This document shows positions 14,400-24,830 of a DNA stretch of 64,000 nucleotides, piece by piece (position 1 is the stretch's first letter; the number at the start of each line of letters is the position of its first letter). The notes beneath the pieces are model-generated. The model saw only the letters and a list, made by a program, of their open reading frames with translations. It was not told the DNA's origin and made no database searches. The DNA comes from Nageia nagi (Eukaryota > Plantae > Pinophyta): contig JBITNC010000002.1 of NCBI GenBank assembly GCA_050084985.1, forward strand, positions 3,286,001-3,350,000, written 5' to 3'. Made by a program: the position numbers and the translations under genes.

Positions 14400-16680
14400 T
14401 GCCCTTCCACCTCATTCCCCCCTGCCTCACCATTCGAAGAGCCATCGAAAAGTTCAATTTCGAGAATGCCATTAACATTGAAAACCTCCAAGCCGAGCTC
14501 TTCAAGCATGTCAACCCCTCGCCCCTTCCTATTTGGACTTTCCAACAACATCATCTATTATGGATTCCCCACCTAATGGACCTCTAACATCATCCATGCT
14601 ATCTACAAATTTGGTGACCCTAATGAACCAAGAAACTACTATGCCATCATGATTAGTCACACCATAGCCAAATTGTATGCCACCATCCTAAAGGAATACA
14701 TTTATCAAATTGCAAATGATACAAGTTTTAGAGCAAGGGATCAGGTTGGTTTTTGCAAATACTATCACACAACTGACCATATCCTCACTCTATATGAGGT
14801 CATCAAGGAGGCCAAGCTTTGGAACTTGGTCTTCTACTACTTTGTTGACATAAAGAAGGCCTTCAATATAATTCCACAACATCGGCTCATACATAGATTA
14901 TGATGGTTGGGGTTTCTTGAGATTGGCCTAAAGACAATCATGACACTCTATGATACCATGTTAGGTCAGTTTTGGATTTCAAAGGGCTTGTTTGCAAATA
15001 TTTTTAGTACCATTGGAGTGAAACAAGTTTGCCCACTTTCTTTGACTGTATTTGGGGTTTACAATTATGAATTGGAATCTTTTCTCTTAGAGACCATGGA
15101 CGTTGAGATGGGTTGCCTCCTCCATGACAGTTGGGTACCCATCCTTTGTAATGACCCAAACAAGGTCTCAAGCAAATATTAGCAAATTTGATTACAATTA
15201 TCAATTCACAATCCAGATATGCAAATGTTGGGTCTCTCTAGCACAATCACTACAAACAATGCCAACGATGGGCCTCCCAAACACATAAGCACCATACAAT
15301 GCCAACAAATGGCCTATTGCAACAATTTATAACAACACTAGCTCAACGCATGCACAAAATGACAATACAACATGTAAACGTTGAAATCCAAATGCCCACG
15401 GCTTATATTATGATATGCAATGGATGATCAATACAAAACCTAACCCAAAGGGTTGACATCAGCCTCCTAGGAGCTGAAATGGGTCGGACAAACTCTTTGA
15501 TGATGTTGGATGGACTATGGGACAACAACTCCTCCTCACAATTTGACTCCTCCCCATCAAAGGGACCCTCCTCAGATCTGGATAACCACTCGCGTTGTAG
15601 AGACTTTACCTCGAATACTATCGGATTTGCAATGGTGCTCCACCATTGCTGTAGATTGCCAAGATCCCTTAGCTTGACAACCCTCTTAGGTGCTCCACCT
15701 AAGGATTACACTCAGCGCTCCGCTAAGGTTGTGTCCACTGAACGATGTAGAAGTGTAGAAGTAATAATAACCAAGTGTGTCCAACAAATGAGCCTCCAAG
15801 TCTTCTTATACTCTCAACCAGGTCCTGGATCTCACCTTGGAATCATCACTAGGCTCTAAGGCCCCAACGTTAGCCTCCAGAGGGCCCGGGATGCCCAACA
15901 TGGGTGCCTAGGTATCAGGCATGCCAACGTGAGATTCCTGGGTGCCATAAATGCCAACGTAGGGTTAAGGGGTGCCAGGCATGCCCACGTGGGTCTAGGT
16001 GCTATGCGTGGGAGCCTAGGTGTCTGTGATGGGCCAACATGGGGTCTAGGGGACTTCTCAAGGCTAGCGCAAGCATGCAATACTGAATTGTGGTTAATTA
16101 ATGTATACAAGCTCTTGGGATTCCCAAAATCATGTTTAGGATCTCCAAGTACATTAATATATCCTATTCTACACTTGGGAGGGATACGTCCCACTAGGGT
16201 CTCGCAGTGGGGTCCATGGACCAATTAATTCCTATCCAAAGTTATACAAAACAACTACAAGACAACTTTTAAACAAACTCCAAAAGGGATGTTATTAAGA
16301 CATCTTTTTTGGCTCTTACATTATTTTTATATAGTGCAAAAGGAATTTTACATCCTTCTCTTTGTTGACAACATTCTCCTACTTTCACACACTATAGGGG
16401 GCCTACTGTTCTTAATGAATGCTTTAGACTCCTTTAGTGATAGGCGAGAGCTAGAAGTCAATTTTGACAAAACTAGTGTTTTGGCCTTCAACATTTTCGA
16501 GAATATGACCATACAAACTCATATCACTTATCTAGACAAAGTTATTCAGACCTTCACCTCCTAGACCTACTTGGGAGTGCTCTTTTTTGGGCCTAGATTC
16601 TTAATGAGCTTTGTAGGGGTTACATGGCAACCTCCACCCATGAATGGTAGTGTATCCAATTTTACTTCCATGACATTCCC
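14400..16680 (+). pseudogene. Decayed LINE reverse transcriptase, split by a solo LTR
   Basis: Motifs QVGFC..HTTDHILTL, FVDIKKAFNII, GVKQVCPLSLTVF, PIL|LFVDNILL (YADD-equivalent) and LEVNFDKT. Boundaries approximate. Confidence 0.85.
15147..16352. mobile_element. Solo LTR (1206 bp), related to the LTRs at 56073-57631 and 61015-62250
   Basis: TGTAATGACCCAAAC...TTTTACA with perfect TSD TCCTT (15142-15146 / 16353-16357). Splits the LINE RT at PIL|LFVD. Confidence 0.92.
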
Positions 16681-17683
16681 TCCAAACACCATTTTATTCT
16701 TGAAATTTGGAATCTGGCGAATCTCAAACTTGGCAAATAAATTTGGAAATTTAGGGTAAATTTGTCACATAAGAAAAGCTGAAAACTTTTAGCGCGAAAC
16801 GTGAGCGGGAAAAAAGTGCGGGAAGAAGAAATTTTTTGCGCAAAACATTCCCTCTGTGTGCTACATTTACGCGGATGCCATAGCTCTGTTTGCATCCTCG
16901 TTCCTCCCTCAAAAATCTATTTGCTAATTTGGTGTGTCAATCAGATTTCTAACTTAATGTAGCTGAGGGTAAACAGCTAGATTCATTTGCATGTATGACC
17001 TGTTTTTGCAAACCATGGTCTTGCTAGGAAAATGTTGTAAGAACTTGAGTCCAGATCCCCACCTCTATAGGATGATAGTCATGGTAACAGAAACAAGTCA
17101 ATAGCAATCTCTTGTTTGATCAATGTTCTTTTTGGTCCAATTCATTTTGATTTGACTTTCACGGTAAAAAATGAACTGGATGGAAGTGTGCTTCTTGAAA
17201 TTGTGCACACTTGATGGGATAATAAGTGACCACCTGAGCTGTCTTGAACATTATTGTTCTGAACTTCTGATCTTTTTTTTTTGATAATAATTGCTTTGGC
17301 CCTTTCATCATTTTTTCCTTTTGTTGACATCCTCCAACATTTTGCATATATGTTTTTTTAGTTGTACTTACTTGTTTAGTATTTGGACATGCTGTATACC
17401 ATATCTGGAATACTCAACGTGAATACTGTTGCCTGCTTAAGGGAAAGAAGTAGAGTTTTTACTAGAGTGAAAGTGATTAGCTGTTAAATACATTTGCTTT
17501 TTAAATATCCTAACAAAATCTTTAAATGAATTGTTTCGGACCACTTAATGATGACTATTTGATGCTGCTCAATGCACATGAGGATAAGAATGTCATTATA
17601 TTCATTTTGATTTTGTTCCTACGTTAATGTTCATGTATTTTTGATTGAAATGAAACACACAAGTAACTTGTGTTGGATTGCAG

Positions 17684-18594
17684 AGTAAAGAAAATGGATC
17701 TGGAAGTTGGGCTGTACTTTGTGTTGATGCAGATTACAAGGGCTTGCTTTTTGTGCTCAAGCTTAAAAGGGACAAAACATGGCTGAAAAATAGGGGGGAT
17801 GATTTTTACATTCCTCTTACAATGGAGAATAGTTGGGCTGTTCACTCTAATAAAGGATATGCGTTTCCTTTGGCAGATTCTGGCATTCTAGATTGGACTC
17901 TAAAGGAGCAAATGGAACTAGAAAAAAAGAAAGATGAGTTGGATAAAATACATTTGCTGTCTACCTCAGATCAGGTCTCTGTCCTCGAGGCAAACAAAAA
18001 AATGGATAGAAAACAGAGAAGGGATAAGGACACCCAGATGGACAAACTTGAAGATGAAAATAAGCAATTTCATGTAGCTGATGAGCAGCAGTCGGTTAGT
18101 GTTGTCAGTAATGCAAGTGAGATGGAGAATAGTTCTTTGGAAAAGGAAATAGGGAGCCATGGGTATAAAGATGCATCTTCAATTCTTCTTAACAAAGAAT
18201 TAAAAATATTAGTTGAAAGAATATCTGCTGAAACTACTGGGTCAGTAGAAACTACAACACGCGAACATCTTCTGCAGGAGATTGAAAGATTGGCTGCTAT
18301 TGCCTACAGCAGCTTTAAAGATTCTCCTTCTATGCTTAGAGAAGAACCTGAGCCCATAGTGAAGGTGTGGAAGCCTCAGGGAAAGCCATGCTCAGGGACT
18401 GGATCAGGAAAGGAAATTCTTCTTCAATGTTTTAACTGGGAATCTCATCGCTCCGGAAGATGGTATCATGAGCTTGTTGATAATGCTGCTAAAATAGCCT
18501 CGTGGGGATTTACAATTGTCTGGCTTCCACCACCAACTGATTCTGTTTCTCCTGAAGGATACATGCCACTTGATTTATATAATTTGAATTCCAG
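17684..18594 (+). CDS. AMY3: Plastid alpha-amylase 3, internal exon (end of CBM45-2, linker, start of GH13 catalytic domain)
   Basis: ttgcag|AGT acceptor, CCAG|gtttta donor. Translates GLLFVLKL..TWLKNRGDDFYIPL...LQEIERLAA...SGTGSGKEILLQCFNWESHRSGRWY...WLPPPTDSVSPEGYMPLDLYNLNS(R). Confidence 0.96.
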
Positions 18595-18793
18595 GTTTTA
18601 TACAAAAATTGCTTTTCCACTTATGCTTATATTTCTTCTTGTTTTGTCCTCTTCTTGCCATCATTCTGGTAGGAGAAATATAAAAGAAAAAAACATATGG
18701 GTTCGTCCATTATAACCTGTTATTATGCTTTAGTGCGAGGTTGAATAACCAACATGTCTTACGTTTTTCTTAATGCTTGACTGTTAACTTCAG

Positions 18794-18983
18794 ATATGGA
18801 AGTATGGACGAATTGAAAAATGTTGTGAGATGTTTCCATGATGTTGGAATTAAAGTGCTTGGAGATGTTGTCTTGAATCATCGTTGTGCTCAATACCAAA
18901 ATCACAATGGGATTTGGAATATGTTTGGTGGGCGTTTGAACTGGGATGACCGAGCCATTGTTTGTGATGATCCACATTTTCAG
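18794..18983 (+). CDS. AMY3: Plastid alpha-amylase 3, internal exon (GH13 region I)
   Basis: cttcag|A acceptor, CAG|gtatga donor. Translates (R)YGSMDELK...LGDVVLNHRCA...GGRLNWDDRAIVCDDPHFQ. Confidence 0.96.
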
Positions 18984-19112
18984 GTATGAAATTCAGTAAT
19001 ATTTTACTGAAGGAAAATAATAAGTAAAGGATCAGCTTGTTCGTTCGTTATTCATCTGTTTTCTTTTTCTTCAATATTTAATGATACATTGCTGTAATTA
19101 TTGTACATACAG

Positions 19113-19219
19113 GGTCGGGGTAACAAAAGTAGCGGTGACTTTTTCCATGCGGCTCCAAACATTGACCATTCACAAGAGTTTGTAAGACGTGACTTGAATG
19201 ATTGGCTGCTTTGGCTAAG
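19113..19219 (+). CDS. AMY3: Plastid alpha-amylase 3, internal exon (missed by ORF track)
   Basis: atacag|GGT acceptor, AG|gtttct donor. Translates GRGNKSSGDFFHAAPNIDHSQEFVRRDLNDWLLWL(R). 107 bp, phase-consistent with both neighbours. Confidence 0.95.
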
Positions 19220-20459
19220 GTTTCTTTTTGTCCTCTTTGCAAACTCTTCCTCGTGCTTTCTTTTATCAAAGATTTATTGAATTAGCAAAGGAATTATGTT
19301 TTTAACCAGTGCATTACTCTGCACAAAAGCAAACAAAAGAATAATGCATATATATATCCTGCCAGAGATCAGGTTAGTGAAAAGAGTTCAAGATTTATTT
19401 AATCTTGTTAATGAAAAATTGAAATAAAAGACTTGCTTTATTACATTCCTTAATTAAGTATAAATACAAGAGATGTACTCACCTCAAGTATACAAATAGA
19501 TAAAGGCATTATACTCACCTCATGTACCTAAAAATAACATATATCTATAATTAATCACTATCCTAGAATTAACCACTAACCTATGATTAACCACCATGTA
19601 CTTGTTGTGCCTGCACAACACCCCCCAAATTTTTTGCATTTTCTAGGATCCTCATACAATTGAAAAGCATGACATGAAAATTTCTAAGTCAAATGCATGA
19701 GTCTCAAGCAAGAATGAGGAGAGAAGTGGCAAAAATTGCATATTTTGATGAAAACAAGTCCAAAACCCATTATTTCTCCTAGGCACATGTTTTTTAGTTA
19801 GTGCTTTTGCACTCACCAAAAATGGTGCGCCTAGCCTTATTTTGCACTTACCATGACCAACTCTGCATTTTTGTGCTTAAAATCATGCATCTTTCATGTC
19901 TGCTTCACTCCCCATCATTAAAAACATGGCATTCTTCTCATTCCATATCATTCTATGAACATTCTGGTCATTTTTGAGAAGTTTTAGCACTTAGCATTTT
20001 TGGACTCTGTGTAATGAAAAAGCACTCTTAAAATTGTGCGCCTAAGGGAATGGAACATTTTAGTACTTAGCATTTTTGGTAAAATAGCTTCAACCCATGT
20101 TTTATGGGGAGTGCAAAAGCACTCACACAAAATGGTGTGCCTACCTTTCATGAGCATAAAATTTGACTAAGTGTTGAAAATTTGGAGCATTCATTGTGGG
20201 GTAAACAAGTGTCTCACCATGCATTGGGCCTTCATTTGCATCTATCAACATGTGACACCTGTACATTTGGAGACGCAAGCTATAAAAGGGGGTGCTGTGC
20301 CACCCCCCAAAATTTTTTCATTTTGAGGACCCTCGAAATAAAAGAACAATGCATGGAAGTAACGTTTGTCTAAGGGAATGTATATATTTTGGTCTAGATT
20401 TAGGAAACATGTTAAACCTGTACATTCATGGTCAAGTCAAGTCAGAAGTATGCATTTTT

Positions 20460-21855
20460 ACTTAGTCACATGTTTTGAGGGATGTGCCTTTGCACACCTC
20501 CCAAACGGTGCAACCAGCCTCATGCTGCATTTTCATACTCATTACTTGCATTTTCGGTTTCAAAATTGCACTTTTAGGGTCCCTCATACTGTAGAAGTTC
20601 GTTTCTCCCTCATTGCATTTCATGTTTAAGGTCATTTTGGCCGGAATTCAAGGCAAAATGTTTTCAATCATAGGCATGTTTTTGAATGAATGCTTTTGCA
20701 CCCACCCAAAATGGTGCGACCAGGTTGGAGCCTTATACTTGGCATTTTTTTTGGCAAAACTTGTCGCATGTTTTCAAGTGAGTGCTTTTGCACCCATCCA
20801 AATCCATGCGACCAAGGAGGAAGAGATTTGTACTTAGCTATTTCGGAACCTACAAGGCCTGTCACATGCTTTCAAGTGAGTGCTTTTGCATCCATCCAAA
20901 TCCATGTGACCAGGAGAAAAGGGGGACTTAGCCATTTTGAGGCAATCAAGGCTAGTCGTATCCATTCAAGTGAGTGCTTTTGCACCCAACTCAAACCGTG
21001 CGACTATATTCATGAGGTGAAAATTGGCTAAGTGTGGGGTCCAGATTGTTGCCAAGTGGAAACACATGCATTCGATCCCCTCTTGCACCTATCATATGAT
21101 GACACCTGACCTACCCGGAAGGCTTGAAAAGGAAAGTCAGCCTTAGTCATTCTATTTGCAAAATTGTTTGGAGCATTGCGTGGAGCCAAGGGAGAAAAAG
21201 CACGTCCTCCAAAACATGTGACCTATGTTAGACCTGCATTTTTTAAGTCATTTTTGGAATTTCTAGTCTCAGGAGGTGTGCCAGAACCTAGGCGCAAGGA
21301 TTAAGGTGCATGTTTTTGCACCCTTTAAAAACGGTGCGACTAGGAATTGAGCTTCATTGTTGACTTGAAATTTGGCTAAGTATCCAAGACCCTAGTCACA
21401 TGCTTTTGCACCCCTTTAAAACCATGCGCCGCTATTTTTGCTCCACCATTTGATCCTTAGCTTGACCAACCCAAAGGTGACACATGGCAGCATAGAAGGT
21501 TATAAATATCACGCTACCCCTTAGTCATTCTTACCATTACATCTAAGATTTTTCACCCTTCCCCCAGTCGCACCATTTCTAGCGCATGCTTTTGCACTCA
21601 TCTAAAACAATGCGCTAGGGAGAAATAAGGAGTCTAGAGGGCCGTTGTGCATTCAAATAGCTTGTTTTTGGCTAAAGCATTCAATAAAGCCCCAAGGTCA
21701 TGGTTCATGCTTTTTGACATGCTTTTGCACTCATCCAGATTCATGCGCCCAAGTGTGAGGTGAAGAATTATACTATGAAATTTGACTAAGTGACCCAAGG
21801 CCCAGTCGCATGTTTTTCAAGCAGTGCTCAAGCACTCATCCAAAACTGTGCGCCC
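20460..21855. repeat. Array of ~50-bp palindromes in B2 (core GAGTGC-TTTT-GCAC(T/C)C, outer GTCGCATG/CATGCGAC arms)
   Basis: For example 20763-20812 gtcgcatgttttcaagtgagtgcttttgcacccatccaaatccatgcgac. About a dozen related units. Confidence 0.88.
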
Positions 21856-21861
21856 AGAATT

Positions 21862-24830
21862 GCAAGGTCAAAGGTTGATCAACGCTAGAAGAGAGGAGTT
21901 CCTGCCTATTGTGGCCAAGCTGATCACTCTCTTATCTAAGGGTACTGGTTAGGAGAATGATACTAAGTATAGGAGGGAGTTCATGGGCTTCATGCAGTTA
22001 TCAGCTTGAGGAGAGCTATTCGATAGGCTGGGGTAATTAGTGATGCCCTACACCACCAGTTAGCTTATTTTGGCTCGAAGAGATTTTATATGAACCCTAT
22101 CTTTTGTACCTGTTACTGCATGGCAAGGTTAGATCCATAGAGCTATTCGATGAAAGATATCTAGGACAAAAGAGCACCCCCGTGTGGCAAGCTTATCCAA
22201 AGTGGTGGTACCAGAACAAGTTCCAGCATTTTTGTTAGAGAAATGACTACTGGGAGGATGATATCTACAAAGATATCAAAGGGGAGTCCATGGTTAAGAG
22301 GATTTTTGATGCAGCCGTCCAAGCTATCAGCATACATGCAAATTTCTTCCTGCAGAACGCTGACCATACATTCATCAGAGTCTATGGCTCAGAGGAACAA
22401 CCCCTACTCTTGCCAAGATATGCTGGTGATAGGCTCGTACTGATTGAGTTTGCTAGGCAACTCTTGTTCCTGAAAGAGAGTTTGGAAGAAGAAGAACGCG
22501 ACCATTAACTTGCCTATTTCAATAGCAAGATATGTGTTTCAAACGTGGGTTGAATCAGCTAGTATGAAGGAGCTGTAGCAGTATGCCTTTTCCAAGTAGG
22601 CAACTGCAAGAAACTATGATCCTAGGGGCATAATTGCACATTTCTATAGCAATGCATTCCACAAACCTATTGCGTTTTTGCATCAGTCTTTTGGGAGTGT
22701 GGAGAAGTACCGAAATGTGCAGGATGAGGAGATTGCAAAGATAGATGCTCTTCTGAGCAATAAAAAGGCTCCCCTTCAGGAAGAAAAACCACCTTAGAGA
22801 CCTCGAACGACTATGTCTAGATCTAAGGAGGTCCCTCTCAGGATCAGGTCGTCTCCTTCTCTTGCTCATACTGCATCTCTACCAGTCAAAATGTCTTTGC
22901 TTCCTGTTGGAAAGAGGCAAGAGGCTATGAGGGAATACATTTTGGACCCTAGCAAGCGTAGTGTAGTAATGGTTGATCTTAAGGAGGTTGGCTATCGCGC
23001 TATGCCCTTGGATGTGCTGGATAATGTAGTAGGTGAGGCTTGTGCTAGTGATTCACCCACATAAGCGGTTCCTTTTACGCTCACCCATTCTCTTGGATGT
23101 AGAGAGAAAGTCCCTTCTTTGCAACTAAGCTCTAGTTCCAGTTCTGAACGTTGCACTTCCTCTTCCGATAAAGAGATTGATGAAGAGCTTGACCATACAG
23201 TAGAAGACTTCAGAGAAGAATCGAAAAACTGTGGTGGAAGAGAAGAAGAAGAGGAATATGATGATGACGATGCTTCCATTGTTCTTGAGCAAGAAGATGT
23301 AGCCATAGGTGCCTCTGCACCTGATGAGACGGAGATTGAAACTCTCCCAGATGACAATGAGATAGTGGATGTTGGAACATATGATGATAACGTACAGATC
23401 GTTGGAGAAAAGTGTGCTACAGAGGTGGGTGCCTCCAAACCCTCTCTTGCCGAGAATAGGAAGAACTCCCCTTCCTCTTCGCACAAATTCTCCACAAAGA
23501 GGACGAGCCATGAGAGATCTCCTTAGCCACGCAAAGGTATATCTATAGGCGGTGATGGGGAAGATGAAGAGGATGAAGGAGAAACTGAGGGTCAAAAGAA
23601 GAAGAGAAGGCAAGAAGAGCACCAAGGCAAGGAGATTACCATAATTCAGACCACTCTAGCGAAAGAGATCAAGAAGATCAACAAAGGATGATTGTTGGTT
23701 CCGAGATTTCCCCCCCAGCCAACAATTGAGCATCCAAATCTTAACCAAGATGCTTGCCTTAGAGCCCTCAGCATGAGTACAAACTCATGATGAAGATATA
23801 GACCAGGATTTGCACTTCGAAGATGAGGAAGTGGAGCTTTCGAATGGTTAGAAGATTCGAAGGGTTGACACGTTTGTCTCCACCTTCCAAAAGGAACTCT
23901 CCATCAGCCATTGCTATTCAAAGGAGAAACATCCTCAGAGAGCTAAAGACTGTGTCATCGAGACATTCAAGATGCCCATGAAGCTAGGATTGACAACTCG
24001 TAAACATATAGTTACTCAAGATGCTGTAGTCATGGAGCAAGAGGGGTATGAAGCCAAGAAGGAGGTGAAGAGGTTGAAAAAGGAACTCACGGCTAGCAGG
24101 ACAATCATCAAGGAGTTCCAGAAGGTCAGTACCACCCACTTAGATCTGTAGAAGCAAACCTCCTTCCATGAGGATGGGAATTGATGAAGGAGTAGCTGAA
24201 GAAGGAAATGATGGAGGCTATTGAGAGATTGTCTTCTCGAATTTACAAGCTCCTTGCTGAAGGTGTGGAAATCAGGGACCTTAAGTCGCAGATCTCAACA
24301 CACCTAAGCACGTTGAATAGCCATCTTCCCAACGTCTCCTATATGCAGCATATTTACGTTGACAATCCTGAGAAGTTAGTCTTCTACAAGTTCACATACC
24401 ATCATGATTGGTTGAACCACGCACTTGAAAAGTGCAATGCGGTCCTGAAGATCAGAATCCCCTTGAGAAAGGAGGTTGAGCAACAAATGTGTGAATATGC
24501 CTATCAGCTCAAGTTCCAAGGGGAGGACAATAGTGTGAGAAAGGAGGCGGTATTCGCAGAGGCTCAGAACCTGATATAGGAGCATCTTGACATCGATGAC
24601 CTCAGTTTGCTAAAGGTAGGGCATCCTATCATCCATGACAGATGGATGGTCATCTGGAGGCACCAGATGCAGGCTACATCGAAGAAGATAAAGGACTACG
24701 TTTGACATAGTGGCAACACCGTTGGCATGATTTTCAGGGGTGTACGGAATACTGTGGCGTTCTTGGAGGAGACCATTGAGTTGTATGGTCACACCAATTA
24801 GGAGTGGAACTCCGCTAGTATCAGATTAGA
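21862..24830 (+). pseudogene. Degenerate accessory ORF of B2 (N-terminus deleted)
   Basis: HTFIRVYGSEEQPLLLPRYAGDRLVLIEFARQL, acidic linker QLSSSSSSE..., C-terminal helical part at 24208-24579. Collinear with the ORF of copy A. Confidence 0.78.

Noticed and set aside
17678-18715. 345-aa ORF as a complete gene
   Set aside because: It starts at TTG inside the splice acceptor and reads through the donor at 18595. Only 17684-18594 is exon.
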